DNA of 20,000 nucleotides from Perkinsus olseni (Eukaryota): NCBI GenBank assembly GCA_013115125.1, contig JABANN010000094.1, positions 55,611 to 75,610 of the forward strand, read 5' to 3'. Shown piece by piece: positions 1 to 10,106 of this stretch (position 1 is its first letter; each line of letters starts with the position of its first letter). The notes under the pieces were generated by a model. It saw only the letters and a program-made list of their open reading frames with translations, ran no database searches and was not told where the DNA came from. The position numbers and the translations under genes were made by a program.

Positions 1-26
1 ACGGTCAGGTTGGCTGTAATGCGTAG

Positions 27-529
27 ATGGCCGGAGAATTTCAGAGAATACCAGCGGTAACGGCCGGACCCAGCTCCGAGCAGTCGCCACAGCAGACGGG
101 GCCAGCCCTCGAGGAGTCGAGTGGTGGCTCTTTACAGAAAGGGAGAGTCACTCCTATCGTGCACTCAACGAACGACGTATCTTCGCCGTAGCACCGCGCA
201 CATACAATCTAGATGGTCGGAAGTTTTCCCACTCCTACTGGCAACCCAAGTCGAATCCAAAGGTTTCAATCGACCAGATTAGATTCAAGGACAGGAACCG
301 CATATTGACTCAATTGACAAAAGACTGGCTCTACCAACGAGGACGCGATGGTCTGTGCGCACGCGTGCACAGGCCATCGCTACCCTATACAACTGATATC
401 CACTCACTCCTCCATGCGATTAGGGTCGGGATTACCGAGGAACTCGGCCGACACCCAACCCGTACTGCCATCCTCTTTGCGGACCTGAAGGGACAAGTTC
501 TGAAGCTCGAAACGGGCGAAGCGGTATGA
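27..529 (+). CDS. Probable terminal exon of a hypothetical protein gene starting upstream of the window
   Basis: The frame is open from 20 to the TGA at 527-529 (about 170 codons; ...VEWWLFTERESHSYRALNERRIFAVAPRTYNLDGRKFSHSYWQPK...). Candidate acceptor tgcgtag ends at 26. No recognisable motif. Confidence 0.4.
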
Positions 530-3486
530 TACTGAGAATCAGAGTAACTGCTAGTAGCTTAATACTGAGAATCAGAGCGAGAAGTGCCAAGTTGAAGCTG
601 TAAGCACGAACAATGATTAAACTCATGATGGGTAGAACTACATAATGTAGCCTACATTCACTACTAGCGGTGAAAATGATAGCCGAGTGATAAACCCGAG
701 GTATCGCATTACCCTAGTCCAGCCAGACTGATCAACTTCAATTACTCGAACAAGCTCGCCCGCTTTCAGTTCCACCTGCAGGTAGTGGTGTGCCGGCGAC
801 AAGTCGCAAGACTGTTAGGAGGCCTTCTAACCGACCTCATCGTCCGAAGCCTTAGTATAGTCTTCCAACACTTCTTTAATTTCAAGCATCTCCTCGTCTT
901 GCGGCGATTCGGGGCCATCCCGACTCGACGTCGCAGCACCGGAAACGCCAGCGGTTTGAAGCATGTCTAAGATCACCAACACGAGTCCCGGAGGCCTGCC
1001 GAGCCCCACTTGCGTCTCTACTTACCCGCTTCAGATGGCTCTATGTGGCGGGTCTTCAGCTTACTCGAGGGACCCGTGACGAGGTCGACGAGAATATCCA
1101 TCCACGTCTCGTCAATTGCCATCACGTCAATTTTCCCTGGAAAAATGGTCAAACTCTATTCACACTGACTGAGGCAGGCACGGCCTACTGGTCTCGGGGA
1201 AGTATTGGATAACGCCCTGATTCCCGCTCGGCCTCCAGGATATCGAACGGGTCTCGATGTGATCTTCCCACTTGCCCGTATCAAATACCGTCAACCATGT
1301 CTTAAACTGCTCAGCAGTGACAGGTTCCGTGCATTCGAAGTACCTGTTCACGGATACCCCCATCCGCCTCTCACCGCCAAACCGCCGATGTCACTTACGC
1401 ACACTCCCTCATCTTCCCATCACCTCCGGCAACGGTCGTGTCTCCCCTCAGCTGAGATCTTCTGCTTTTGAAAGCGTCCTGGTTCTGTGGGTTCACGTCC
1501 ACACAGCTCCCGCCGGGTCCCGTTCGGGTAACCCGCGAGGCCATAGTGTTCGGAGGGTCCCAGCGAGTGAGTTTACGCAAGGTACCATCCATTGAACGGC
1601 ACGACGAAAGCCTCACCCACTTAGAGTCCGACAATTTGTCCTGAGCGGAAAGCCTCACTGAAAACGCCAGGAGAAGTGATTGCGCCAAAGGACTTCCACT
1701 TGCGAGCCGACATCACAACCTAGAGTCGCGTGAGCTACACAGAGACGAGTCTATTCATTCTAATATGAAATGCTCTACCCCATATGGTTGGGTCCTTGAA
1801 GTTGAATCCCGTAGGGAGCACAACATCGGTCAAGCGGCAAGCACCCTTCCGCAGTACTGTGTCAAGCCAAACAAATTTTTGACCATCTCTGTTGTATCGC
1901 AGGATGCCCTCTGGCTTCAGTGGACGTCCCTCAGGCTTAACCAGTGGCGGCCTGGATTGCTTGTCGCAGTAGCACAGACGATTACCGAACCTGAGCACCA
2001 TCAGACCGATATTTCTTTCGAGGCTACGACGATACGACAAGTTAGCCATCATCCCCCCCTTGACGTGAAGGACACTTACCTGTTATTGATACTCGTCTCA
2101 TCGATAACATTGCGAAACCTGTTCTCCGGAGAGAGCTTGAGGAGATCTCGGGACAACGTGGCAATGAAGGGATCGTACGACGAGTTGTCTTCCAAGGATG
2201 CCGACCACAACATTTGAACCACGTGTGTACCTAACGCGAGCTGTTCCCAACCGAGACGTGCTGGTCTCTCGGTTTACAACAACCCTCACTTACGTATTTT
2301 CGGTGCTCGCCTCCTATCAACAATGATGTTGGGGAATACCAGATGGAGCGAGACCTTGAAGGAGCCCGAATCGCGACTATATCCGCTCGCCGAGAACAGT
2401 GCCGCGTCCACATGCTTTTTCTCGGGGAAAACCTGACACGTGCCACTCGATCCAGCGGATAGAGAATTCATCAAAGAAATTTCGATTTTCCACCACCGCT
2501 CTACATTGAACACGCAGGAACCTCAGCAGCTTTGTGCTTCGCACATTAACACGCCCAGATGTGTTTCGGCGGTCTCGGAAATTTTCTGCGGAATACACTT
2601 GACCTCCAGCCGGTCCCAAATAATCCATCTCAGCAAAGCACCTTCTACCGCTGGAACAGTTACACGAGCCTCGCGGTGAACACTTACCGGAGACAGGTTC
2701 CTGAGTATGAACTCGAAGAAGCGGGTGCCACCGTCCCTATCGATGATGGCCTTCTCAGCAGTGGCGCAATGCTCCCATTTCATATCGGCTCCCAGCTTAA
2801 CATCGATATCCAAGACCAGATTGAAATTCTCATCTTGGCGTTCGGTGAGGAACATCGGAATGCCCCAGTCGTAGAGTACAGCGATGTACCTGTCAAGTCC
2901 ACCATGGCACGGAAGGCCCCATCAGCCAACCTCTCACTTGTACAGCTGCTCCAGTTGGGTGTGTTGGAATCTGAACCTGTTCGTCGAGCTGTACCAGGTA
3001 ACGGCATTACCGTAATTGCAGTGGGTGGCGTGCCTAGTAAGCATGATACGGTCTCCACCCTTGACTCAAGGGACCTACTTGTCTTCCGCGATCTCAGCTT
3101 CTCTGAGGAAAGAGGATATCTGCTCCAGCACGCCCTCGTCCACATTAGCAAGGATCTGACATCACCACTGTCGATGTTGCGTATCTCACTAGCTCACGAG
3201 TCCACGGACAGGCGATCTACCACGCGCATGCGCTGATGTCCACAGCCTTAGAGATGATTTGACTAGAAGCAGCAGCCTCGAGACCATCATACTGCAACCA
3301 CAGGTCTAGACTCGTGAGTAGAATCACTATCACGAAGCTACGGAATGTGGATAGGAGTGGCTGGCGAGGACCCTGTCTGGGCGTGACTGCAGAGCGATAC
3401 CCGCTCACCCCCTCAGCTCTATCCTCCTTCAGACAGCTTCTAAGCTCAATCTTAACATAGTCCAACGCCGTGATAGGGGAGCTCAT
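404..3486 (-). CDS. Multi-exon AEP-superfamily primase/polymerase-like protein (NCLDV/PrimPol-type) with C-terminal SH3 domain
   Basis: The spliced translation has AEP motif I LVLDIDVK (D at 2810 and 2804), motif II KVSLHLVFP (H 2345-2343) and motif III NVIDETS (D 2102-2100), then GNRLCYCDK...EGRPLKP and LSDSKWVRLSSCR...LTRWDPP. Frame-consistent GT..AG introns lie at 2433-2687, 2231-2293, 1991-2079, 1344-1398, 1137-1188, 967-1025, 776-835 and 485-712, with stop TGA at 406-404. The junction around 1845-1645 and the 5' exons (3160-3486) are unresolved. Confidence 0.8.
425..868 (-). other. SH3 domain encoded across three exons (966-836, 775-713, 484-404)
   Basis: The spliced sequence EVLEDYTKASDDE|VELKAGELVRVIEVDQSGWTR|VRKEDGSTGWVSAEFL follows the SH3 pattern (ALYDY...ELsLkaGd.v.V.e....GWw.......G.vP.nyl). 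Both junctions are phase 0 with GT..AG. Confidence 0.85.
529..577. repeat. 16-bp perfect direct repeat ATACTGAGAATCAGAG x2 inside the 228-nt last intron of the AEP-SH3 gene
   Basis: Copies at 529-544 and 562-577. Confidence 0.9.
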
Positions 3487-4055
3487 TGGTGGGGAAGGGC
3501 CGATGGGAGGCAGGGGGGACGGGGAGTTCTCGAGGCAATGCCAAGAAAGCTAACACTCCAAGATCTACCGCAGCCGCTATGACGCACAAGAGGGACCGGG
3601 TCACGCTCGTCGAACGCAGCAGAGACGCAGTCAACCTCGCTGAACAAAGGCGTAGGAATCCATCGCAAGATGGTCCCGCTCCGATGCTCACGGAGGGAAC
3701 CATGTCTTGACAGAAAGTTGTCCATGCACTCACAATGTCACAGAAAACCAATGCGGTCAAAAATCCTACTCGCACGCGTGCGCAAGCGCGCCTACCTGCT
3801 ATTCCAGGGGCATATCTATAGAACGAGTCCCCGTTGCTACTAGGAGTCAAACCCTCCACCACACTCGTTGCCCGACCGCTGCGCCACGAAATTCCCAGGC
3901 CGACTAGCCTCATCACACAACCAAACATTGACACTTCCGCCTTGAAGATAATGATTTTGTCGTTATTGGTGGCACTTGCTCGGCGACGCAAACTCCTTCT
4001 AAACGTTGGTGCACCGCCGTCGCCCTTAGAGCCGAGCTCACCATCACCACCTTCT

Positions 4056-5925
4056 TCACTGGCTTCCGCCACCCAGCAACGCCTGGGCCGCCTCAGCCCC
4101 CGCCCGCGCGGCCGCGTCCTGACCCTCACCCTGACCTCCGAAGCTCCGAGGGTTCTGCACCGGCATCGCATTTGCGTTGTCCGAGAAGCCCCCGGCGCCC
4201 CAGGCCTGCTGCTGCAACATCGGGGGGCCTCCACTCCAGCCTTGGCCACCGCTTGTAGAAGTCATTCCCCAACCACAAATACTCGCTTGCTGCGGCATGG
4301 CATTCCATTGCTGCTGGCTGGCCGGTGCTGGCAGGCCTCCAGCAGAGGGCGACTCTACGAAGCCTTGAGGTCGGCTCACAATCAAACGTCGACCGAGCAC
4401 TTCCATCTGAGCACAAGTGACGTGAGTGACACTTCAGTTCGACGCTCCTCACCCCATTGAAGATGCTCAGCGCAGCCGTTGCTAATCGGTCGTTCTGGAA
4501 CTCGACGAAGGCAAACCTGACCAAACAGCTTCCGCTACCCCCATGTCACCCTCAAACTACCTTCCATCCCCCCTGATGTCCGCCTGGAGCACCGGAGGCC
4601 CCAGGGCCGGGTCATAGTCCGGTAGCACTTTGCAGGCGGGCTCAAACAACTCGTGAAGGACTTGAGGCGTGACCACCCCAATCTGCCATCACATCATTGC
4701 ACTCAGCACGAGCCCAGCCGCGGCCTACCGCGAGATTTCCGACGTAGAGCTCACGCTGCTTCCGATTCTGCGAGGGGTTGGAAGGCATCGCCTTGGCTGA
4801 CAAGGAGGGGATTCACTGAGGCCCCAACGACCAACAGTCTTACTTGGAAGGAAGCCTTGGTTACGCAGGACACTGACGTCCATCGGTGGAGGGGGAGGGC
4901 CCGGTAAGACAAGCCCCGTCGGTCGACCAATCTTCACGGGCCGTCCTGATCGCAATGCAATGACCATTATCATCATCAAAGCCCTCCCGACTAGTACCAA
5001 GAAACTCAGCCTTGTCCAGCTCAAGGCAGGTGACAGCGATCTCCTCCGATGCGAACTCGACGAAGGCGTACATGCCCTCAGCCGACATCCTCACTTCCCT
5101 CACCGCACCGGTCGGTAGGAGAGCAGCGTACCTGGTCCAAAGGAGTACTAAGAGGAGCTGCCTGGCGGGCTTGGACTCACTTCTGCTGGTACTCCGGGAG
5201 AGCCGACAAAGCGTTGTTGAAGAAGGCCCGTATGTTGGCCTGCGTTGCCTGGCCTTGGGCTAGGTTTCCCACGTACAGCTGAGGACAAACGGTGATGTTC
5301 CCTCCCTCTCAACCCGACACCCACCTCCTTAGCCTTCTTATTAGCACCTGCACCACCAGGGAGCATTGCCTGCTGTAAGAGAAGCTGCTGGGGGTCGATG
5401 GAGCCATCCGGCGGCGCCGAACCTGCACGTAACAACACTATCGACCACCCAAGCACGCGCAAAGCCCTGAAGCCCAATGCTACTGAAATTGCTGTGCTTG
5501 GCTCCGGGCTGCTCAGTCTCGTCATCCCAGCCACTCTTCCTAGCGTGCCTCCGTCTCGATCTAGACCGAGATCTTGAACTCCGAGAGCTTTCGGAGCCCG
5601 AGGACGATCCCGATCTGGATCTTCCGCGGTGACGACGGCTGCCGCGATCCCTGGACCTGACCAAGGCCAATCATGTATGGCGATTCGAAGGGGTTGTTCC
5701 AGCATGACCGGCCAGGTCCCACCTCGAGCGCCTCCGACTTCGACTTTCCCGACCGGACCCTCGGCTCCTCCCACGGGATTCGCTTCTGCTACTTCGCCTC
5801 CCACGGTCTCTACCGCGAGAGCTTTCCTGGCGTTCCCCATTGTACTCTGCCGGAGGGGCGCCGGTCGGCTGAGGCTCAGCACTGGGCGCGGGGTCGTCCC
5901 AACCAGGAGGTGGTGGTGGTGCCAT
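4056..5925 (-). CDS. U2AF65 (U2AF large subunit)-like splicing factor: RS region plus two RRMs, about 10 exons
   Basis: N-terminal Arg/Ser-rich tract and an RKSGWDD motif. RRM1 has ELYVGNL...YAFVEFASEEIAVTCLELDKAEFLGRPVKIGRP. RRM2 has RELYVGNL...GRFAFVEFQNDRLATAALSIFNGMEVLGRRLIVSRP. Nine short GT..AG introns keep the frame (e.g. 5657-5722, 5423-5483). Stop TGA at 4058-4056. Confidence 0.8.
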
Positions 5926-6047
5926 TCTATGGGACAATCGCAGTCAATGGAAGATCTGTCATCGCACCCAATGACCCTGCCTCCCACCCGAGAACACAAA
6001 CGCCGCGATCACCGAGTACCAGCCGCCAGAGGCAAGCTGAGAAAACA

Positions 6048-7145
6048 TTACTGGACGTCTTTGCTCGTCGTAGCATCGGCCGCGGAAGAAGAGGATGATA
6101 GCCGAGCTTCGATCTCCGGGGGGATCTCACCTGAACGGACGCAGTGCATGAAGGAAACGGCACCGTTAGCCTACCAGTTCTAAGGGCCTTCTCCAGCTTG
6201 GTGACCTCCTCCATTGAGGACGCTGCTTCGATGGCTTCCTTTATGCGGGCCAGGAGGAGGCCTCTATCCGCGGATGCACCTTCACGTACGAACCATAACT
6301 CCCCCACCTCATCCCGATAACACTACCATTTGGAACGTTCTCCTTGGCATTAGCCTCTGCCTTGTTGGCACTGTCCTCTTCCTCTGCAGTAATTCTAGGC
6401 GCAATCTTGAGCAGGAACTTCTCTCCCTCTGGGCCACCAAACAGCTTCGCTGCCGCCTCGCGCTCCTACCAACCACTCTCATCTAAACTCAAGCCCGGTC
6501 CATTACTACCTTATCCTTGACCCTGGCAAAGTCAATAAACCGTACCGTCTTGGGGAGTATGTGTATCAGGAAGAGTCGGTAATGCTGCACATTACAGACC
6601 TCGTTATCTAGCACTGTAAGGCGCTCCAGATGCCGCACTGAGGAGAGGGGCTCAACAGGGCTCGGACGACGGAGTAGACGAGGGATTACGCTGGCCCAAG
6701 GGGTAGAGGTCCTGCAGCTTCTCGAGGCGGTTGTTGGTTAGAACGACACTGGTGAGGTTAGGCATGTTGTCGAAGCAAGTAGACCCTATGCGGGAGATAC
6801 GGTTATTGGCGAGCATCTGTTTAGAGGTCAAGCTTGAATTTCACAGAGAAAAAGATACCCTTTCCCCGTGGAACTACCAGAGTACGAAGCCGCGTAAGGG
6901 GCGCACTATCATTGGGTATCTTGGCGATGTCGTTGTCCGTCAGATCGAGGCAGTCGTAGTGGTCCTTAGTCGCACTCAAATTCTCCATCACGGGAATCTT
7001 CAACCTAAAGCCACCAGGATCCTCACCATAAGCGCATACAACTGGCGTAGCCTTCCTCCTACCCACGCAGGACCAGAGCCCTGTCGCCCGCCGGGGTAAT
7101 CATCTGCTCCCCGCTCTGCTCTATGAGATCGGCTGTAAGGCGCAT
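6048..7145 (-). CDS. SNRPA1: U2 small nuclear ribonucleoprotein A' (leucine-rich repeat), 7 exons
   Basis: Spliced sequence MRLTADLIEQS...LVLRGLKIPVMENLSATKDHYDCLDLTDNDIAKI...LTRLRTLMLANNRISRI...YRLFLIHILPKTVRFIDFARVKDKERE...IKEAIEAASSMEEVTKLEKALRTGEIP carries the characteristic U2A' N-terminus, LRRs, LRR cap and C-terminal motif. ATG 7145, TAA 6050-6048. Confidence 0.95.
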
Positions 7146-7340
7146 GGCTACAACAAAGGCAAACAACAGCGCCTGACCCAGTACATGAACCCTCTTCCAA
7201 GATGATCAAGCCCCCCCATCCGACCGGCACCACAAGTCGAGTAGAATCAAAAACAGCTAGTAACAAAATGGTCATCATACCGGTGTATGCGGTGAATGGT
7301 ACAGGAGCACACAAATCTATCGCAAGCCCAGCCTTGGACG

Positions 7341-7983
7341 TCACAGATTCCGAACAGCCAGCCAGTCATGTATCCGTCGAGTCTGCTGCAGGGCGCCGTC
7401 CACTATGCAGAGGGCCAGCCTGTTGGAGAGCTCGTCCCGAGCCACTCTATTCTGTCTTTTCGCCACCAACTGCCTGAGCGAGTGTGGTTGGTACCTCTAC
7501 CGCCCCCATCGAGGGCCTACCTCTCAACCTGGTTGCAGAGTTTGATACCTACCCACGTCCCTGCCTTCCTGATGCACCGCATAGTATAGCAGGCACCGTG
7601 ATAGAGAAGGGCCCGGATGGCAGCTTCTGGGGGTATCTCAGCTGACTGGGAAGCTCGGCGAGGTCCGCTACTGTCACTAGCTGTATGCGCCCTCTCATAC
7701 CGCTCTTCCGCCGAATCGTAGTTAGAGGACGCCCCTCGCTGAAAGAGCCACAGCTTCAATCCTCTAACCTCCCATCCCCTCTCACCTGAGACCAGCTGTA
7801 CTCACTATTATAATCATCAGCAGTTGCTCGATAACCATAAAAGGCCTGATGCTCCGAAGCCCCTCCTTCAGAACCCTCCCACCGCTGATCGTGGTGGTAG
7901 GCTTCGTAACCGGGCGCCGAAGGCTCCGTTACGTGAGGATACGCTCTGGAAGAAGTCTGGGAGGGATCAACGTCTGCTGTCAT
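7341..7983 (-). CDS. Hypothetical protein; either a separate small gene or the 3' exons of the 8091-10106 gene
   Basis: Exon-like frames at 7983-7786 (ending SWSQ|gtgaga), about 7738-7560 (...PPEAAIRALLYHGACYTMRCIRK) and 7473-7341 (QLVAKRQNRVARDELSNRLALCIVDGALQQTRRIHDWLAVRNL*), flanked by plausible splice sites. Confidence 0.5.
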
Positions 7984-8090
7984 AAGGGCAAACTAACACA
8001 TACTGCCGAACGGTGACACAGTGCCGGACGAAACAGACACCCGGGCTCTCAGAAACGACGTTAAATGGTGCAAGGATGATACAGGAGGCC

Positions 8091-10106
8091 TCAACGGTAC
8101 ATCCCCCCAGAGGGCCCGTAGGAGGGGCCTCGAGGCGGCCACGGGGGCATAGGCATCGGCGGCTGCTGTGGGGGCAGGTTGGGTAACTGCTGCTGACCGG
8201 CGATAATTCCCGCTGGAGGTGGCCGTGGCGGCTCTGAGGGTGGCGGACCCCCCGACTGAAATGCCCCACCGTCATGGAATGGCGGCGCTGCCATTGGGGG
8301 CTGTGGAGGGACGAAACCTTCCGACAGATTCTGAGTGGCTGGCTGAGGCGGCTGATACTGCAGCCCAGGTATCGCTTGGGGGACGGCCCTGGGAGGTTCC
8401 ATGGGGACAGCCGGTTGTGTGATCGTCGCCTGATGTCTGACAGCCTCCTCCATGCTCGACAGCGTTTCCGTTTGCTCCCCCTGCTGCGTCCTCTGCTCCT
8501 GGTACGCCTGAGCAGCTCGCATCCTGTTCATCGCTGCCATCCTCGCAAATGCCGCCGGCCCCATAAACGGCAAGCCCTTGCCCTTGCCGAACCAGGCCAA
8601 GCTGGCCGCTGCTGCTTGGGCTGCTCTCATCCACGGAGCCGAGGGCGCCTGGCTCGGACTTCTAGCAGGGCTAGGGCTCTTCACACTACGCTGATCCCCA
8701 TCGCTCTTCTCTCTGGGCGTCATCGCCGCGTCACGGCCCGAGTCCGACTCAGCCACCGAGGCACTAGCCTCCTGCTGTTCAGAATTGGAGTCCCCAATGA
8801 TGACTGTGGATGAAGCCTTTCTGTCCCGTAAATGGCCGTAGGTGCCTCTATACTCCTCCGCTACCGCCACTACTTCACTCGTGCCATCATTCGTTGTGAT
8901 GATGGACCGTGGGTCACGGTAGTTCCTTAGCGTGCAGATAATGGTGGACACCTGAGACAACAGCAGCTTCGACCGACACAACGATGGATGGAAGAAGTGG
9001 AATTGACCGGGAGGCCAAGGGGGGACTCCCACGCCAACAGCGACGGTGTAGGTGGACAAGGTAACGAACCACCAAGAAAGCCCTATGATTTTCTAGCTCA
9101 GCGGTAAGGTCTGTATGTGCGTCCTCGACCCCCATTCGAGTAGAGTGTGCACCAGAGGATGACATACTAATCCTTACCATCTCCTCGCAGGGTATGGCCC
9201 CTCTCGCCCCCGACGTGCACCGCAACGTACTCACTGGTTTCCGACGGCGACTATCGTGGACCAGGGGCGAAGCCTCTTTCAAAGCCGAAGACATCTTATC
9301 CGAACGTTCTCCGGGCGTAGTGAAGCCCAGCACGTACGGCAATGTGCGATCCATGGCAAGTCGTTGAGATCCGAGTAGCGGAGATCTTCAGGAGATTGCC
9401 TCATCATATCAATGATGTCATTTTTCTCAAGGACAGCATGTGCTCGATCTGGACACGGTGATCGCGCTGTCTCGTCACCCGGTACCCCAGATCGAATTGC
9501 CTAGTTCTACGAGGAATGAATGGATCTTGGCTAGCACTGAATGGTTTGGCGGTATAGCAACGGTCCTAGATCTGTGAAAGTCGACTGCAGCAGGGAGGCC
9601 TGGAGATAGCGTATACCATGACCACGCCGCCATCGGGCTGTTCCACAACAAGCACTCACAGCTCGCCCACAAGCGCAGACCCGCTACGTCCGAAAAAAAT
9701 CAAGATCACTCAAAACCCTCCACCCGTCCCTACCGCGTCCGGATCTTTACAATCGGCATCTTCCTTGGTAGGCTCTGCCGGTGAATCCACCAAAGCTTCT
9801 CCCACAACTTCCGTAGCTCCTCGTCGCGACAACGTCAAGTTAACCTAATAGTATCTTCCCTCAGATCCGCAAGACGGCTGACGTCCGTACCTTCTCCGTG
9901 CTCCTAGTGAGATCCCTATAGTGCTTACAGCAAGGGTCAATGGTAACCTCAGGGACAGGTTCGCTCGGCCACTCGACCGTCTCCTGTACCAGGTCGATGA
10001 CGGGCTTTATGTTTACTCTCGGTCGGCTAGCAGTAGCGGGTGTCGGCGACGCGGGTGCCTTCGAGGTTGACTTGAGCCGCTTCCACGGGGGCTCCACAGC
10101 TGCCAT
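8091..10106 (-). CDS. Multi-exon hypothetical protein with Ser-rich, GKGKG and Pro/Gln-rich C-terminal low-complexity region
   Basis: ATG 10106 (MAAVEPPWKRLK...) and several short exons bounded by GT/AG (e.g. QFDLGYRVTRQRDHRVQIEHMLSLRKNDIIDMMRQSPEDLRYSDLNDLPWIAHC), plus the long frame 9059-8091. Internal structure is only partly resolved and no family is recognised. Confidence 0.6.

Noticed and set aside
1101-1136. KIDVMAIDETW resembles the DI.aiqETW motif of non-LTR retrotransposon APE endonucleases
   Set aside because: It sits in a frame-consistent internal exon of the AEP-SH3 gene, with no other APE motifs or reverse transcriptase nearby.
3452-4460. Long ORFs 3452-4249 (-, 265 aa) and 3834-4460 (+, 208 aa)
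   Set aside because: They are alternative-frame or antisense shadows of the GC-rich last exon and 3' UTR of the U2AF65-like gene, with no motifs.
5714-5727. SRWD (SF3B1-type ULM) in ORF 5671-5937
   Set aside because: The Trp codon overlaps the donor AG|GTGGGA of intron 5657-5722, so it is probably not translated.
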